64,000 bases of DNA, taken from positions 84,719 through 148,718 of the forward strand of contig CAYJKF010000002.1 of assembly GCA_964370865.1 (NCBI GenBank). Direction: 5' to 3'. The stretch's first letter is position 1. Every line of letters starts with the position of its first letter. Below, piece by piece: positions 1 to 10,081 of this stretch. The position numbers were made by a program, and so were the translations under genes. This DNA is from an uncultured Candidatus Saccharibacteria bacterium. GTDB lineage: Bacteria; Patescibacteriota; WWE3; 2-01-FULL-39-13. Under the pieces are notes generated by a model, which did not search any database, was not told where the DNA came from, and saw nothing but the letters and a program-made list of their open reading frames with translations.

Positions 1-768
1 ACAACCTTTATTATACTTTCGTGGGTTCTGACAATTATTTATATTTTTTCCGCGCGAAAAGTTCTGTTTAAAAATACTTTAATTGTTAGCAATCTATTTT
101 TTATCGGTTTATATCTTAATGTCCATTACAACTCCTTTTCGCGCGTGAGTAGCTCAGGAGCTACTTTTGAAAAACGTTCGAGATTTATTGATACTATAAT
201 TTTTGACGGTTTACTTGGTGAAAATAAATATTGGATCCTGGGATTTATTCTAGTAGCTATTATTATTTACTTTTATAAAAAAAAGGAAAAATTTAAATTC
301 GAAGCATTTAATGCAGTGATGTTTTTCTTTATATTATTCCCCGCGATTTTCTTGGTGAACTCAGTTCCTCAAATGACACCGACCCCAAGATATCTAATAA
401 TTTGGTGGCCGGCCTTTGCCTTATGTTTTGTTTGGTCAGTAAGCTACATTAATAGGTTACTACCTTATAAACTAGGTTTTATTATTCCTTTTCTATATTT
501 AATGCCAATTCTTCAATCCCAGAGCAAATACTTAACAACTAAAGATCAATCACAATCTAGAATAGTTAATGAGGATATTCAGAAAATAAAATCAGCGGGT
601 CTAAAGTATTGCGTAGGAGATTATTGGGACATAGGTCCAATAATGTATTACAGTCATTTAGAAATAAAATGTTGGACAGATAAGTCAATTCAATCCAGAT
701 GGGATGTTGATTATTTGGATGATTACAAGGAAAAGTATGCGCAAGAGAATTATTATCTTTTAGATTAG
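1..768 (+). CDS. Membrane protein, 5'-partial (the frame is open from window position 1; the ORF track begins at a GTG at 145). Possibly the C-terminal part of a GT-C/ArnT-like glycosyltransferase.
   Basis: No stop codon in frame 1 from nt 1 to 768. Several hydrophobic segments. Lies next to a Dpm1-like GT2. No recognised catalytic motif. Confidence 0.35.
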   Translation, partial: TTFIILSWVLTIIYIFSARKVLFKNTLIVSNLFFIGLYLNVHYNSFSRVSSSGATFEKRSRFIDTIIFDGLLGENKYWILGFILVAIIIYFYKKKEKFKFEAFNAVMFFFILFPAIFLVNSVPQMTPTPRYLIIWWPAFALCFVWSVSYINRLLPYKLGFIIPFLYLMPILQSQSKYLTTKDQSQSRIVNEDIQKIKSAGLKYCVGDYWDIGPIMYYSHLEIKCWTDKSIQSRWDVDYLDDYKEKYAQENYYLLD

Positions 769-774
769 TAGCGC

Positions 775-1650
775 TTACTTATCTTTTTGAAATAATTTCC
801 GAACGATTCCATTAACAATATTAATAATTCTTTGTTTCTCATTTTTCATATTACCGGTGTTGACGTATAAATTTAATTCTTCGTCATATTGTTTAATGCG
901 ATTTCTCCCATCGTTGTAATATCCCAAGATTCTCATTCTGTACCACACTGCTAACGTATCGATGACAAAGTTCCATAATCCATTTTGTGTAAAAACACCT
1001 TTTATAGTAGATTTGCCAAAATCCATATTTACTTCTACCGGAGCTTCGTAAATTTTTCTAAATCCAAGTAAATGAGCCACTGCCAATATTTCAATATCAA
1101 AGGCAAATCGCTTAACCACCAGTTTATCGAGAACCTTCTTTAGTACAGTACTTCTGTACGCTTTAATTCCAGTTTGAGTGTCGTGTATCTTTAATCCGAA
1201 CAATAATTTTACGAATAAAAAGTATCCATAGCTGAGAATTCTTCTTTTGAATGGATATTCGATTAAACTTGCGGGATGCATTTTTGAGCCAATTATTATA
1301 TCCGCGTCGTACCATTTCATATGTTCAAGCAACATAATAAGTCCCTGCGGATTTATATCTCCCCCTGCATCTATAAACATTGTTATGTCACCCTTAGCTT
1401 TTTCCATACCATATCGAACCGCCTGCCCTTTGCCTTTATTTGATTTGTAACCAAATACTTTTATAGATTTATGTTTAGTTTTCTTCGCATTTTCGTATGT
1501 TTTATCCAATGATGTTCCATCAACAACTACTATAATTTCAAATTTGTATGGAGTGGATTTTAAGGATTTATAGATATTTTCAATATCGTTTAGAATATAT
1601 TTTTCTTGTTTATATGCCGGAACGATTACAGATAAGCGTTCAATTTGCAT
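775..1650 (-). CDS. Glycosyltransferase family 2 (polyprenol-phosphate sugar synthase, Dpm1-like)
   Basis: N-terminal SVIVPAYKQEKYI...IIVVVDGTSLDKT...FIDAGGD is typical of the GT2 DXD fold. 291 aa. Confidence 0.75.
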   Translation of the reverse strand: MQIERLSVIVPAYKQEKYILNDIENIYKSLKSTPYKFEIIVVVDGTSLDKTYENAKKTKHKSIKVFGYKSNKGKGQAVRYGMEKAKGDITMFIDAGGDINPQGLIMLLEHMKWYDADIIIGSKMHPASLIEYPFKRRILSYGYFLFVKLLFGLKIHDTQTGIKAYRSTVLKKVLDKLVVKRFAFDIEILAVAHLLGFRKIYEAPVEVNMDFGKSTIKGVFTQNGLWNFVIDTLAVWYRMRILGYYNDGRNRIKQYDEELNLYVNTGNMKNEKQRIINIVNGIVRKLFQKDK

Positions 1651-2926
1651 TGCCTTTATTCCTAATTAAATTAAAGATGTTCGTTGAGATTGCTAATATA
1701 ACTATTATGCACGAAATGATATTTACAACTATTATTTCACGTAATGTATCATGATAAAAAACAATTCCTGCTAATTGAATAATTGGTGTTAAGAAAGTTA
1801 CTGACGCTAATTTAAACTTTGAAATTGAAATCAAAAATATCGTTAAGAGATTTAATAAAGTGAAGAAAATCATATATAAAGCGTATATTCCAAGAAGTGG
1901 AACAGCATCTATATATTTGTTACTAAAAAGAATTTCAACCAAAAATCCTGGGAAGAAGGTATAGACCAAAAAACTTACAAAAGATATCGTAGTAGAAACT
2001 AATACTGCTAGTAAAAATGGCCTAGTAAAATCCAACCCTTTTTTAAAGTTTTGAGCGCAAATTGGTAAAACTATTATGGTTATTGGGGACGCTGCAAAAA
2101 AGATAATCTTTCCAATGACCGAAACTGAACTATAAATTCCGGCTGTCATTTCCGGAAAATAATACTTAACCATAAGTACGTCTACGTTTTGCAATAGACT
2201 GAGACCGGCGACACCAAGAGAGCTATATACTGAATATTTCACTAGCTCACTAAAATCTTCTCTTGCGAAATCGTAATTTTTTATCGTCAGATTTTTTTGT
2301 AACAAAATGAATTGTATATATCCAACTAAAAGTGTTGCTATAAAGAGTCCCCAGAAAATATCCACCAGCCCTAATCCAAGAAGGATAATAAATATGGCTA
2401 CAAGAAATTTTGTAAACGCTGCTAAAAATAGTGACAAAGAATATGCTTTGAATCTAAGCAACCCTTGTAGAAAAGGAACCATAAAGCCAATCAGGTTTCC
2501 TGCGAAAATTGCGAAGGAGAAAGCAAAAATTATTTCTCGATTAGTGATTTTTAAAGTATCACTTATAAATGGGGTAAAAAAGATAATTAAAAGACTAATT
2601 GTTAGCGCAAGAAAAAATTGGACTTTAAAAACTGTTACAAAGAGTGCAGATATACGTACTGGATAATTGTCGTCTTTTATTTCAGCGACTAATTTAGTTA
2701 TGCCTCCAGTAAAAAAAGTTAGTAATGTTAATAAAATTCCACTGAGTGAAAATAATGAAACCAAAATTGAATAGTCTTCAACCGAAAGATATCTTCCCGA
2801 GGCGAGTTGAAAAAGATAAGCGAAAAAATTAGCAAAAAGTGAAGCGGCTATTATGATAAAAGAGCGACTCAGTATGTACTTATCTCCTGACAGTTTATCC
2901 ATTACTAATCGTAATATTTTATTCAT
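1640..2926 (-). CDS. Polysaccharide biosynthesis protein, Wzx-like flippase (MOP superfamily)
   Basis: 428 aa with about 12 predicted TM helices and flippase-like hydrophobic periodicity. Sits in a glycosyltransferase cluster. Confidence 0.6.
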   Translation of the reverse strand: MNKILRLVMDKLSGDKYILSRSFIIIAASLFANFFAYLFQLASGRYLSVEDYSILVSLFSLSGILLTLLTFFTGGITKLVAEIKDDNYPVRISALFVTVFKVQFFLALTISLLIIFFTPFISDTLKITNREIIFAFSFAIFAGNLIGFMVPFLQGLLRFKAYSLSLFLAAFTKFLVAIFIILLGLGLVDIFWGLFIATLLVGYIQFILLQKNLTIKNYDFAREDFSELVKYSVYSSLGVAGLSLLQNVDVLMVKYYFPEMTAGIYSSVSVIGKIIFFAASPITIIVLPICAQNFKKGLDFTRPFLLAVLVSTTISFVSFLVYTFFPGFLVEILFSNKYIDAVPLLGIYALYMIFFTLLNLLTIFLISISKFKLASVTFLTPIIQLAGIVFYHDTLREIIVVNIISCIIVILAISTNIFNLIRNKGNAN

Positions 2927-2996
2927 TTGTATAATTTTATCAATTTTTCGTTAATTTAATACGTGACTATAATTTTCTGATATCGTTTAATAGATT

Positions 2997-3998
2997 ATGA
3001 ACATCACAGTTGTAGGAGGAGGCACGGGTACGTATACCGTCCTAAAGGGTATTAAGGACCTTCCTAATGTAAATATTACAGCGATTGTAACGTCGGCAGA
3101 TAGCGGTGGCAGTACTGGCGTCCTAAGAGATGAATTTGGAATACTTCCAGTAGGAGATTTCAGACAATGCATAGTAGCGTTAGCTGAGGATGGCGCATCA
3201 CCACAGAATGAACATTTACTTCGTGATCTTTTCGAATACAGATTTTCTAAAGGAGGCACCGGATTATCAGGACATAACTTTGGTAATTTATTTATAACTG
3301 CCTTAACCGATATTTTAGGAAGTGAAGAGTTAGCTTTTCGAAAAGTTTCAAAGATTTTAAATATAAAAGGGAAAGTATACCCAGTAACATTCGAAAAAAT
3401 TCAGTTAGTTGCTGAATATGAAGATGGATCAATGTTAATTGGAGAGAAGATGATTGATGAACCTCCTTCAGTACATGATGGAACGATGCGAATAAAAAAG
3501 TTGTGGGTCCAGCCAAATGCAGAAGTATTTCCAAGAGCCAAAGAGTCGATTATGAACTCTGATTTAATTGTATTTGGTCCTGGAGATTTATATTCGAGCA
3601 CAATAGCAAACATTGTCATAGATGATTTTGCTGGAATAATCAGTCATTCTAAAGCTAAAATCGTATTTATAACAAATATGATGACTAAATATTCTCAAAC
3701 ATATGACTTTAAAGTATCTGATTTTATAAAAGAGACTGAAAAATATTTACGTAAACCGGTTGACTATATTTTGGTTAACTCGGCTCCCATTCCAAAGGAT
3801 ATTATTGAAAACTATACCGTTGAGAAGGCAATACCTGTGATAAATGATATGAAAGATGATAAAAGGGTTATAGAGGCTGATTTGATTTCTGAAATTCTAT
3901 ACGAGCAAAAGAATAACGATGTCGTAAAAAGGAGTGTGTTAAGGCACAGTAGTAAAAAGATTGCAGACCAACTGCAGAGAATTTTGGAAATAGTTTAG
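2997..3998 (+). CDS. yvcK: YvcK/CofD-like protein (UPF0052, gluconeogenesis factor family)
   Basis: N-terminus VVGGGTGTYTVLKGIK...TAIVTSADSGGSTGVLRDEFG matches the YvcK/CofD signature. Confidence 0.7.
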   Translation: MNITVVGGGTGTYTVLKGIKDLPNVNITAIVTSADSGGSTGVLRDEFGILPVGDFRQCIVALAEDGASPQNEHLLRDLFEYRFSKGGTGLSGHNFGNLFITALTDILGSEELAFRKVSKILNIKGKVYPVTFEKIQLVAEYEDGSMLIGEKMIDEPPSVHDGTMRIKKLWVQPNAEVFPRAKESIMNSDLIVFGPGDLYSSTIANIVIDDFAGIISHSKAKIVFITNMMTKYSQTYDFKVSDFIKETEKYLRKPVDYILVNSAPIPKDIIENYTVEKAIPVINDMKDDKRVIEADLISEILYEQKNNDVVKRSVLRHSSKKIADQLQRILEIV

Positions 3999-4032
3999 TA
4001 CAATTTATTCCTTTTGTTATACTTTTATTTGT

Positions 4033-5181
4033 ATGAAGATTGGAATTGATGCAAGACTTTATGGTAACTCTGGTATTGGGCGTTATGTTAAAAATTTGAT
4101 TCTTGAACTTGAAAAAATCGATAACACCAACGACTATATTATTTTCGTTACTAAAGAGATAAGTGATGTATACAAACCCCAGAATCCTCGATTTAAAAAA
4201 TGGCTAGTTAATGCCCCTGTTTATTCAATAGAAGAACAAACTACTCTTTGGAAAGAATTTATGAGTGCTAGATTAGGTCTTTTGCATGTTCCACATTTCA
4301 ACGTTCCTTATTTTTATAAGAGAAAATTTATTGCGACGATACATGATTTTACTATGCTTGGACTAAACTTCGATGCTACTTCTAAAAATCAAATGGAATA
4401 TCTAATAAAACATACAGGGCAAAATCTGATTATCAAAAAGGCTATAAAAAAATCTGCAGGTGTATTAGTTCCATCAGAAGTTGTTAAAAAGGATGTACTA
4501 GAAAATTATGGCGTTTCGGAATCTAAAATTAGAGTAACACTCGAAGGCGTTGATGACAGTATTACAAAACATATCCCTACCGATGGTGGAGTGATGAGAT
4601 TAAAATTAGAAAGATACAAAATTAAGAACAAATATTTTCTGTATGTCGGAAACGCTTATCCTCACAAAAATCTAAACAATTTAATAGTCGCTCATAAAGA
4701 GAATTTACAGAATGCAAAAACCACTTCTCAATTAATTATCGCTGGCAAAGTTGACGCTTTCTCTCAAAGACTCGCTGCATTCGTTAATGGACTTAAGTTA
4801 AGCGATAAGATTATATTTGCAGCCAGATATACAGACAATGGCTTTGTGGATGATACAGAGCTCGCCACACTATATAAAGGCGCATTAGCCTATGTTTTTC
4901 CCTCTTTGAATGAAGGTTTTAGTATAACCCCATTAGAAGCCCAAGCTGTTGGTACTCCAGTTCTGCTTTCTGATATTCCGGTCCATAAAGAAGTTTTTGG
5001 TGACTCAGTTTTATACTTTAAAGCAGATAGTAATATCGACCTTTCAACTAAATTACTGGAGATTGAGAATAATGACCAATTGAGGAATGAGTTGATACAA
5101 AAAGGTTATGAGAATATAAAAAAATATTCTTGGGCAAAGATGGCACAGGAAACTTTGGATTTTTATAATAGTTTCGTTTAG
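4033..5181 (+). CDS. Glycosyltransferase family 1 (GT4-type)
   Basis: MKIGIDARLYGNSGIGRY N-terminus. The C-terminal half resembles the GT-B fold (EGFSITPLEAQAVGTPVLLSDIPV). Confidence 0.75.
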   Translation: MKIGIDARLYGNSGIGRYVKNLILELEKIDNTNDYIIFVTKEISDVYKPQNPRFKKWLVNAPVYSIEEQTTLWKEFMSARLGLLHVPHFNVPYFYKRKFIATIHDFTMLGLNFDATSKNQMEYLIKHTGQNLIIKKAIKKSAGVLVPSEVVKKDVLENYGVSESKIRVTLEGVDDSITKHIPTDGGVMRLKLERYKIKNKYFLYVGNAYPHKNLNNLIVAHKENLQNAKTTSQLIIAGKVDAFSQRLAAFVNGLKLSDKIIFAARYTDNGFVDDTELATLYKGALAYVFPSLNEGFSITPLEAQAVGTPVLLSDIPVHKEVFGDSVLYFKADSNIDLSTKLLEIENNDQLRNELIQKGYENIKKYSWAKMAQETLDFYNSFV

Positions 5182-5196
5182 AATTATCACAATCAT

Positions 5197-5868
5197 ATGA
5201 AAACAGAATTTCCCGAATTGGAGAGCAAAAGTGAGTCCTCCTTGTTTTTTGCTTTTTCAAAGCGAGCTATGGATGTCCTTGGCTCCATCGTATTCATGAT
5301 TATTTTTTCCCCCTTTTATATTATTTTTGGGATACTAATTTGGTTTCAAGATTTTCATTCTCCCATTTATGTTCAAAAACGAGTTGGACAATTTAACAAG
5401 ATATTCACGATTCATAAATTCAGATCAATGGTTATTAATGCTGACCTGGTAATGATGCAGGACGCGAATTTATATAACCAATTAAGAAGTGAGAATAATA
5501 AGATACAAGATGACCCGAGAATTACTAAGCTGGGTAAATTTATTAGAAAATATTCTATAGATGAATTTCCTCAAATGTTTGATGTCTTATTAGGTAGTAT
5601 GAGTTTAGTAGGTCCTAGGCCTCTTCGGCCTGATGAGGCACAGTTATATAGAGATCAAAGTGAAGAACATTCAAGACAGCTGGATAAAGTCTTTGAGATG
5701 AAACCAGGAATTACTGGCTTGTGGCAGGTAAGTGGAAGATCTAATATTTCATTTAAGGAACGAATGATTTTAGAAGAGAAATATTCTAGAGCAAGATCGA
5801 TTATGCTTGATATTACAATCTTAGCGAAAACTCCCCTTGCTGCGATTCAGGGTGAGGGAGCGTATTAA
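5197..5868 (+). CDS. Polyprenyl-phosphate sugar phosphotransferase (bacterial sugar transferase, WbaP/WcaJ C-terminal domain type)
   Basis: One N-terminal TM helix, then SLVGPRPLRPDE...KPGITGLWQVSGRS, the hallmark of the Bac_transf family. Confidence 0.8.
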   Translation: MKTEFPELESKSESSLFFAFSKRAMDVLGSIVFMIIFSPFYIIFGILIWFQDFHSPIYVQKRVGQFNKIFTIHKFRSMVINADLVMMQDANLYNQLRSENNKIQDDPRITKLGKFIRKYSIDEFPQMFDVLLGSMSLVGPRPLRPDEAQLYRDQSEEHSRQLDKVFEMKPGITGLWQVSGRSNISFKERMILEEKYSRARSIMLDITILAKTPLAAIQGEGAY

Positions 5869-5935
5869 GTAACCTATATTTATCATATTCGTATGGTAAA
5901 CTAATTGTTTAGTTGTTAGATTGTTTTGGTAAATT

Positions 5936-8020
5936 ATGAAACGTTTAAATTTCTCAAATAAGAATTCAATTAGTAGTTCCTCACCTTCTTTTTCTCCAAG
6001 CGGAAGTGCCTCAAGAGAAAAATATAATTTTTCAAATAAATTCAGATTCCCTAAGATTAGAATAAATGTGAAATGGATTTTGATTACTCTTGGAATATTT
6101 CTCGGTTTAGTTTTAGTAATAGGATTAGCCGGTTATTTTCTAGTTGCTAAACCAGTATTAGCAATTGCAGATGACGCAAAAAAATTAAAAGATTCTACCT
6201 ATGCGATAAATGCAGGCTTAGAAAATCAAGATCTTGAAGAAATAAAAGGTGGCATTGATAACACTAAAAAAGAGCTCGAAAGATTTAAAGGAAATTTAGA
6301 AACTAATTCTAAGTTGTTAAGAAAATTACCAAGAGCAAATATTTATTACGAGGATGGGCAAAATTTAGTAGTAGTGGCCGAAGAAGCATTAAGCTTGGGT
6401 GAATTGACAATTAGTATTATTGAACCTTATGCCTCTGACTTGGGTTTTGCCTCGGGTGACCAAGAAGCAAGAAATATTCCGGCACAGGAGCGTGTTATTA
6501 AACTTATGCGATTAATGCCAGAATTCTCTCCAAAAGTTAATGAGATTTCACAAAGAATGGTGAAGATTAATGATGAATTAAATAAAATTGATGCCTCAAA
6601 TTATCCAACTAAATTACCATGGGTGGTCAAATATGCTGGAGTAGATCCTGAAATGAATTTACAGGAGCAGATATTAGATATTCAGGCTATTACCAAAGAA
6701 ATTGCTCAAAAGGCGCCTCAGTTTGAAGCATTCTTTAATGCAGTGCCAGAATTTATGGGTTTGAATGAGCCAAAAACTTACATGATAGTTATGGCCAATA
6801 ACTATGAATTACGAATGAGCGGTGGATTTAATACATATATAATTTTAGTTACATTTGCAGATGGAATTCCTGATATTACAAATTCCATCGATACATACTT
6901 TATTGACGAAGGCGCTAGAGCTGGCTCTTTTGGAAGACCAGTTAGGGCGGTTCCATACCATTTGAAGAATTACTTATACCTTTCTGGAAACACATTTAGA
7001 TGGTATGCAAGGGATGCAACCAGCAACAATGCTGATTTCCCGCTTGCCGCAGATGATTTAGTGAATCTTCACTGGAAAAACGCAGGTGGCTTAATACAAC
7101 AATTTGATGGAGTTATAAGCATAAATAATGATGTTGCGGTGGATATCTTAAGAGCAGTGGGGCCAGTTATGACTGATAAATATTCAATTAAGAGAGATGA
7201 TAATACGTATGTAACGGTACCAGTCACTGAATTCAATGCAGATAATGTTATTTACGAACTAGAGAATATTGCAGGTGGAAAATTAGCTGAAACTTTGGGA
7301 AGAAAGGAGATTATTAAATTTTTAGCGACTTCTATTTTGACGAAAATTTATACCTCTGAAGCAACAAATCTAGTTCATATAATGAGAGTTGGTCTTGATT
7401 CCTTAAGCAAAAAGGATGTAATGCTATATTCATATGATCCTGAAGTGCAAAAAGCATTTGAAGATTTAGGATATGGAGGGCGGATTGCTTCTGTACCAGA
7501 GGGCTCAGATTATCTTCATGTAAACAGAAGTAACTATGGTTCAGGAAAAGCTGATTGGACACAACCTGGATTTGTATATCAAACTGTAGATAAAAAAGTC
7601 GAAGTTGTTGATGGTAAAAAAATTAGTACAGTAAACGTCACGGTTAAGAATCCAAAGCGTCCGGAGTGGTTCAATATAGATCCATGCTGTTTCTATAATG
7701 CTTATATGAGGGTATATGTACCGATAGGATCAAAAATGATATCTGTAACAACATCCGATGGTCAAGATGCTAAAGGTGCAGAATTTGTAGATGATAAAGT
7801 TCAAAAAACTTATATTGAATCATTTACAAGGCAGCCAAAAGAAACTGATTTAACTATAACGTATGTTTACGAACTTCCAGATAGTGTTAACTTGGATGAT
7901 TACAATCTAGTCCTACAAAGACAGTCAGGTACTACGATCGATGAATATAAAGTTACTGCTAACGGAAAAACGGAAGATATACTTCTAAATTCTGACAAGG
8001 TGATACATATTAGTCGATAA
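5936..8020 (+). CDS. Membrane-anchored extracytoplasmic protein, DUF4012-like
   Basis: N-terminal Ser-rich region plus a single TM helix. Central NNYELRMSGGF motif resembles the conserved NNaExR-tGG motif of DUF4012 proteins, which accompany cell-wall glycopolymer clusters. 694 aa. Confidence 0.5.
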   Translation: MKRLNFSNKNSISSSSPSFSPSGSASREKYNFSNKFRFPKIRINVKWILITLGIFLGLVLVIGLAGYFLVAKPVLAIADDAKKLKDSTYAINAGLENQDLEEIKGGIDNTKKELERFKGNLETNSKLLRKLPRANIYYEDGQNLVVVAEEALSLGELTISIIEPYASDLGFASGDQEARNIPAQERVIKLMRLMPEFSPKVNEISQRMVKINDELNKIDASNYPTKLPWVVKYAGVDPEMNLQEQILDIQAITKEIAQKAPQFEAFFNAVPEFMGLNEPKTYMIVMANNYELRMSGGFNTYIILVTFADGIPDITNSIDTYFIDEGARAGSFGRPVRAVPYHLKNYLYLSGNTFRWYARDATSNNADFPLAADDLVNLHWKNAGGLIQQFDGVISINNDVAVDILRAVGPVMTDKYSIKRDDNTYVTVPVTEFNADNVIYELENIAGGKLAETLGRKEIIKFLATSILTKIYTSEATNLVHIMRVGLDSLSKKDVMLYSYDPEVQKAFEDLGYGGRIASVPEGSDYLHVNRSNYGSGKADWTQPGFVYQTVDKKVEVVDGKKISTVNVTVKNPKRPEWFNIDPCCFYNAYMRVYVPIGSKMISVTTSDGQDAKGAEFVDDKVQKTYIESFTRQPKETDLTITYVYELPDSVNLDDYNLVLQRQSGTTIDEYKVTANGKTEDILLNSDKVIHISR

Positions 8021-8660
8021 TTCCGTAGCTTTTTATAAACAGATCAGTCTTTTCCTTTAAGTATTTAAGGATAGGCTGGTCTGTTTTTTCGAAATACGCA
8101 TCTTCTTTATTCACAATTTCTTCAAAAATAGAATCCTCCAGAAAAAATATCTTTTTCATTAATTCTGGGTTTTTAATATTCATCTGTTCATAGAAATCCA
8201 TAAATTCACTTTTCGTATAAAAACCATTAATCTTCATAAGTTTTACCAAATACCCTAGGACCAATCCTTTAGTCGGAGTTTGATTAAATAGCTCAATAGC
8301 TTTTTTGAGTAATTTAAAGTTAGTAGGATTTGGATCATCATTTGGAATCAATTTATCGGTTATTTCTAAAATGGAGTAAAGATAAAGAGTTACATCATAG
8401 TCAGTAGCCGACAATTTTATGTTATGAATGGAATTAGCTTGCGTTATTAAATATCTGTCATAGGTCTTAATAAGGTAAATCGTAGCTATTGAACCAGGTT
8501 CCAGATGACTACGCTTTTTAGAAGTAATTTTGCGAATTCCTTTAGCCTTGCAGGAAATTTTCCCTAATTCCTGAGTTAAAACGGTAAGTATCTTATCCGC
8601 ATCCTTATAATTTGTTCTTTTTATTACAATTCCTGTAGTCTTTATATAGTCAGACATCAA
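8010..8660 (-). CDS. recO: DNA repair protein RecO
   Basis: N-terminal OB-fold signature GIVIKRTNYKDADKILTVLT..G. Length 216 aa. Confidence 0.7.
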   Translation of the reverse strand: MMSDYIKTTGIVIKRTNYKDADKILTVLTQELGKISCKAKGIRKITSKKRSHLEPGSIATIYLIKTYDRYLITQANSIHNIKLSATDYDVTLYLYSILEITDKLIPNDDPNPTNFKLLKKAIELFNQTPTKGLVLGYLVKLMKINGFYTKSEFMDFYEQMNIKNPELMKKIFFLEDSIFEEIVNKEDAYFEKTDQPILKYLKEKTDLFIKSYGIID

Positions 8661-8683
8661 GAATTATTATAATATACTCACAT

Positions 8684-10015
8684 ATGGATAGAAGCCAAAA
8701 GATTATTTCTCTCGCAAAAAGACGTGGTTTTGTATTTCCCTCATCCGAAATATATGGTGGTTTTAGTTCTACATACGACTACGGTCCTATGGGAGCTCAA
8801 ATGCTCAAGAATATTAGGGATTTGTGGTGGAAATACTTTGTAGAGCTTAGAAGTGATGTAGTAGGGCTAGATGGGGCAATATTTAGTCACCCTAAGACTT
8901 GGGAAGCCAGCGGACATGTTGATTCTTTTAACGATCCATTAGTAGAAGATAAAGTCACTCACATTAGATATAGAGCAGACCATTTAATCGAGGAAAACTT
9001 AAAAATTGATACCGCTAAAATGTCATTTGATGAAATGCAGAAAATCATAAATGACAATAAGATTATAAGTCCGGATGGGAATGAACTTACCGAATTAAAG
9101 TCTTTTAATCTTTTAGTACAAGCCGAACTTGGAAGTACTGATGAAAGCAAAATTAAAGCTTATCTAAGGGGAGAAACCTGCCAGGTTATATTTCTACAGT
9201 ACTTGAATGTACTTCAGTCGATGAGAATGAAAATTCCTTTTGGAATTGCTCAAATTGGTAAAGCATTTCGAAATGAAGTTACCACAAAAGATTTTATATA
9301 TAGAACTAGAGAATTCGAACAAATGGAATTAGAATTTTTCATTCATCCAAATGATGGAGAAAAATGGTATGAGTATTGGAAACAATTTATGCTTAATTGG
9401 TGTGTTGAAGAACTTGGGTTTCCATTGACCAAATTTCGATATAGGGAAATTCCAAAAGAGGAAATGTCTCACTACGCAAAAATACAAAGTGATTTTGAAT
9501 TCGAGTCTTCTTCAGGAAAATGGTTTGAATTATCTCCTCTAAATCACCGTGGTGAATGGGATTTGTCCAGACACCAGCAATATAGTGGAGAGAATTTTGA
9601 GTATAGAGACCCTGAAACAAATGAGAGATTTTTGCCAAATGTTATCGAGATTTCGATGGGAATTAATCGAATTCTTTATGCTTTACTCGATAATGCGTAC
9701 GAAGAAGATGGAGATCGAGTTGTTCTTAAACTTAATGAAAAAGTTGCACCATATCAATATGCGGTTTTCCCATTAGTGAGAAATAAGCCAGAAGTAGTAG
9801 GTAAAGCACGTATGGTTTACGATTTACTTGTTAATAAAGGTTTTAGAGTCAGCTATGACGACCGAGGAAATGTTGGTAAGAGATATTATTCCCAAGACGA
9901 AATCGGTACTCCAAAATGTATAACTATCGATTACCAGACTCTTGAAGACGATACAATTACAGTTAGAGATCGAGATTCAATGGAACAAGTTAGAGTTAAT
10001 ATAAATGACCTTTAA
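8684..10015 (+). CDS. glyQS: Glycine--tRNA ligase (alpha2 homodimeric type)
   Basis: RRGFVFPSSEIYGGFSSTYDYGPMGAQMLKNI N-terminus and class II motifs. 443 aa. Confidence 0.9.
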   Translation: MDRSQKIISLAKRRGFVFPSSEIYGGFSSTYDYGPMGAQMLKNIRDLWWKYFVELRSDVVGLDGAIFSHPKTWEASGHVDSFNDPLVEDKVTHIRYRADHLIEENLKIDTAKMSFDEMQKIINDNKIISPDGNELTELKSFNLLVQAELGSTDESKIKAYLRGETCQVIFLQYLNVLQSMRMKIPFGIAQIGKAFRNEVTTKDFIYRTREFEQMELEFFIHPNDGEKWYEYWKQFMLNWCVEELGFPLTKFRYREIPKEEMSHYAKIQSDFEFESSSGKWFELSPLNHRGEWDLSRHQQYSGENFEYRDPETNERFLPNVIEISMGINRILYALLDNAYEEDGDRVVLKLNEKVAPYQYAVFPLVRNKPEVVGKARMVYDLLVNKGFRVSYDDRGNVGKRYYSQDEIGTPKCITIDYQTLEDDTITVRDRDSMEQVRVNINDL

Positions 10016-10081
10016 CGATTACTAATTTAACCGAAGACCTCTTCGCTAGTATTTTCACTATTTGCGTAATATGATGAAAAG

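Noticed and set aside
1247-3619. Several 60-120-aa ORFs antisense to or overlapping the GT2, flippase and YvcK genes (1247-1450, 1548-1754, 2307-2666, 2987-3259, 3292-3534, 3401-3619)
   Set aside because: Each lies fully inside a longer, well-supported CDS on the other strand or frame. In AT-rich DNA, long stop-free antisense frames are expected by chance.
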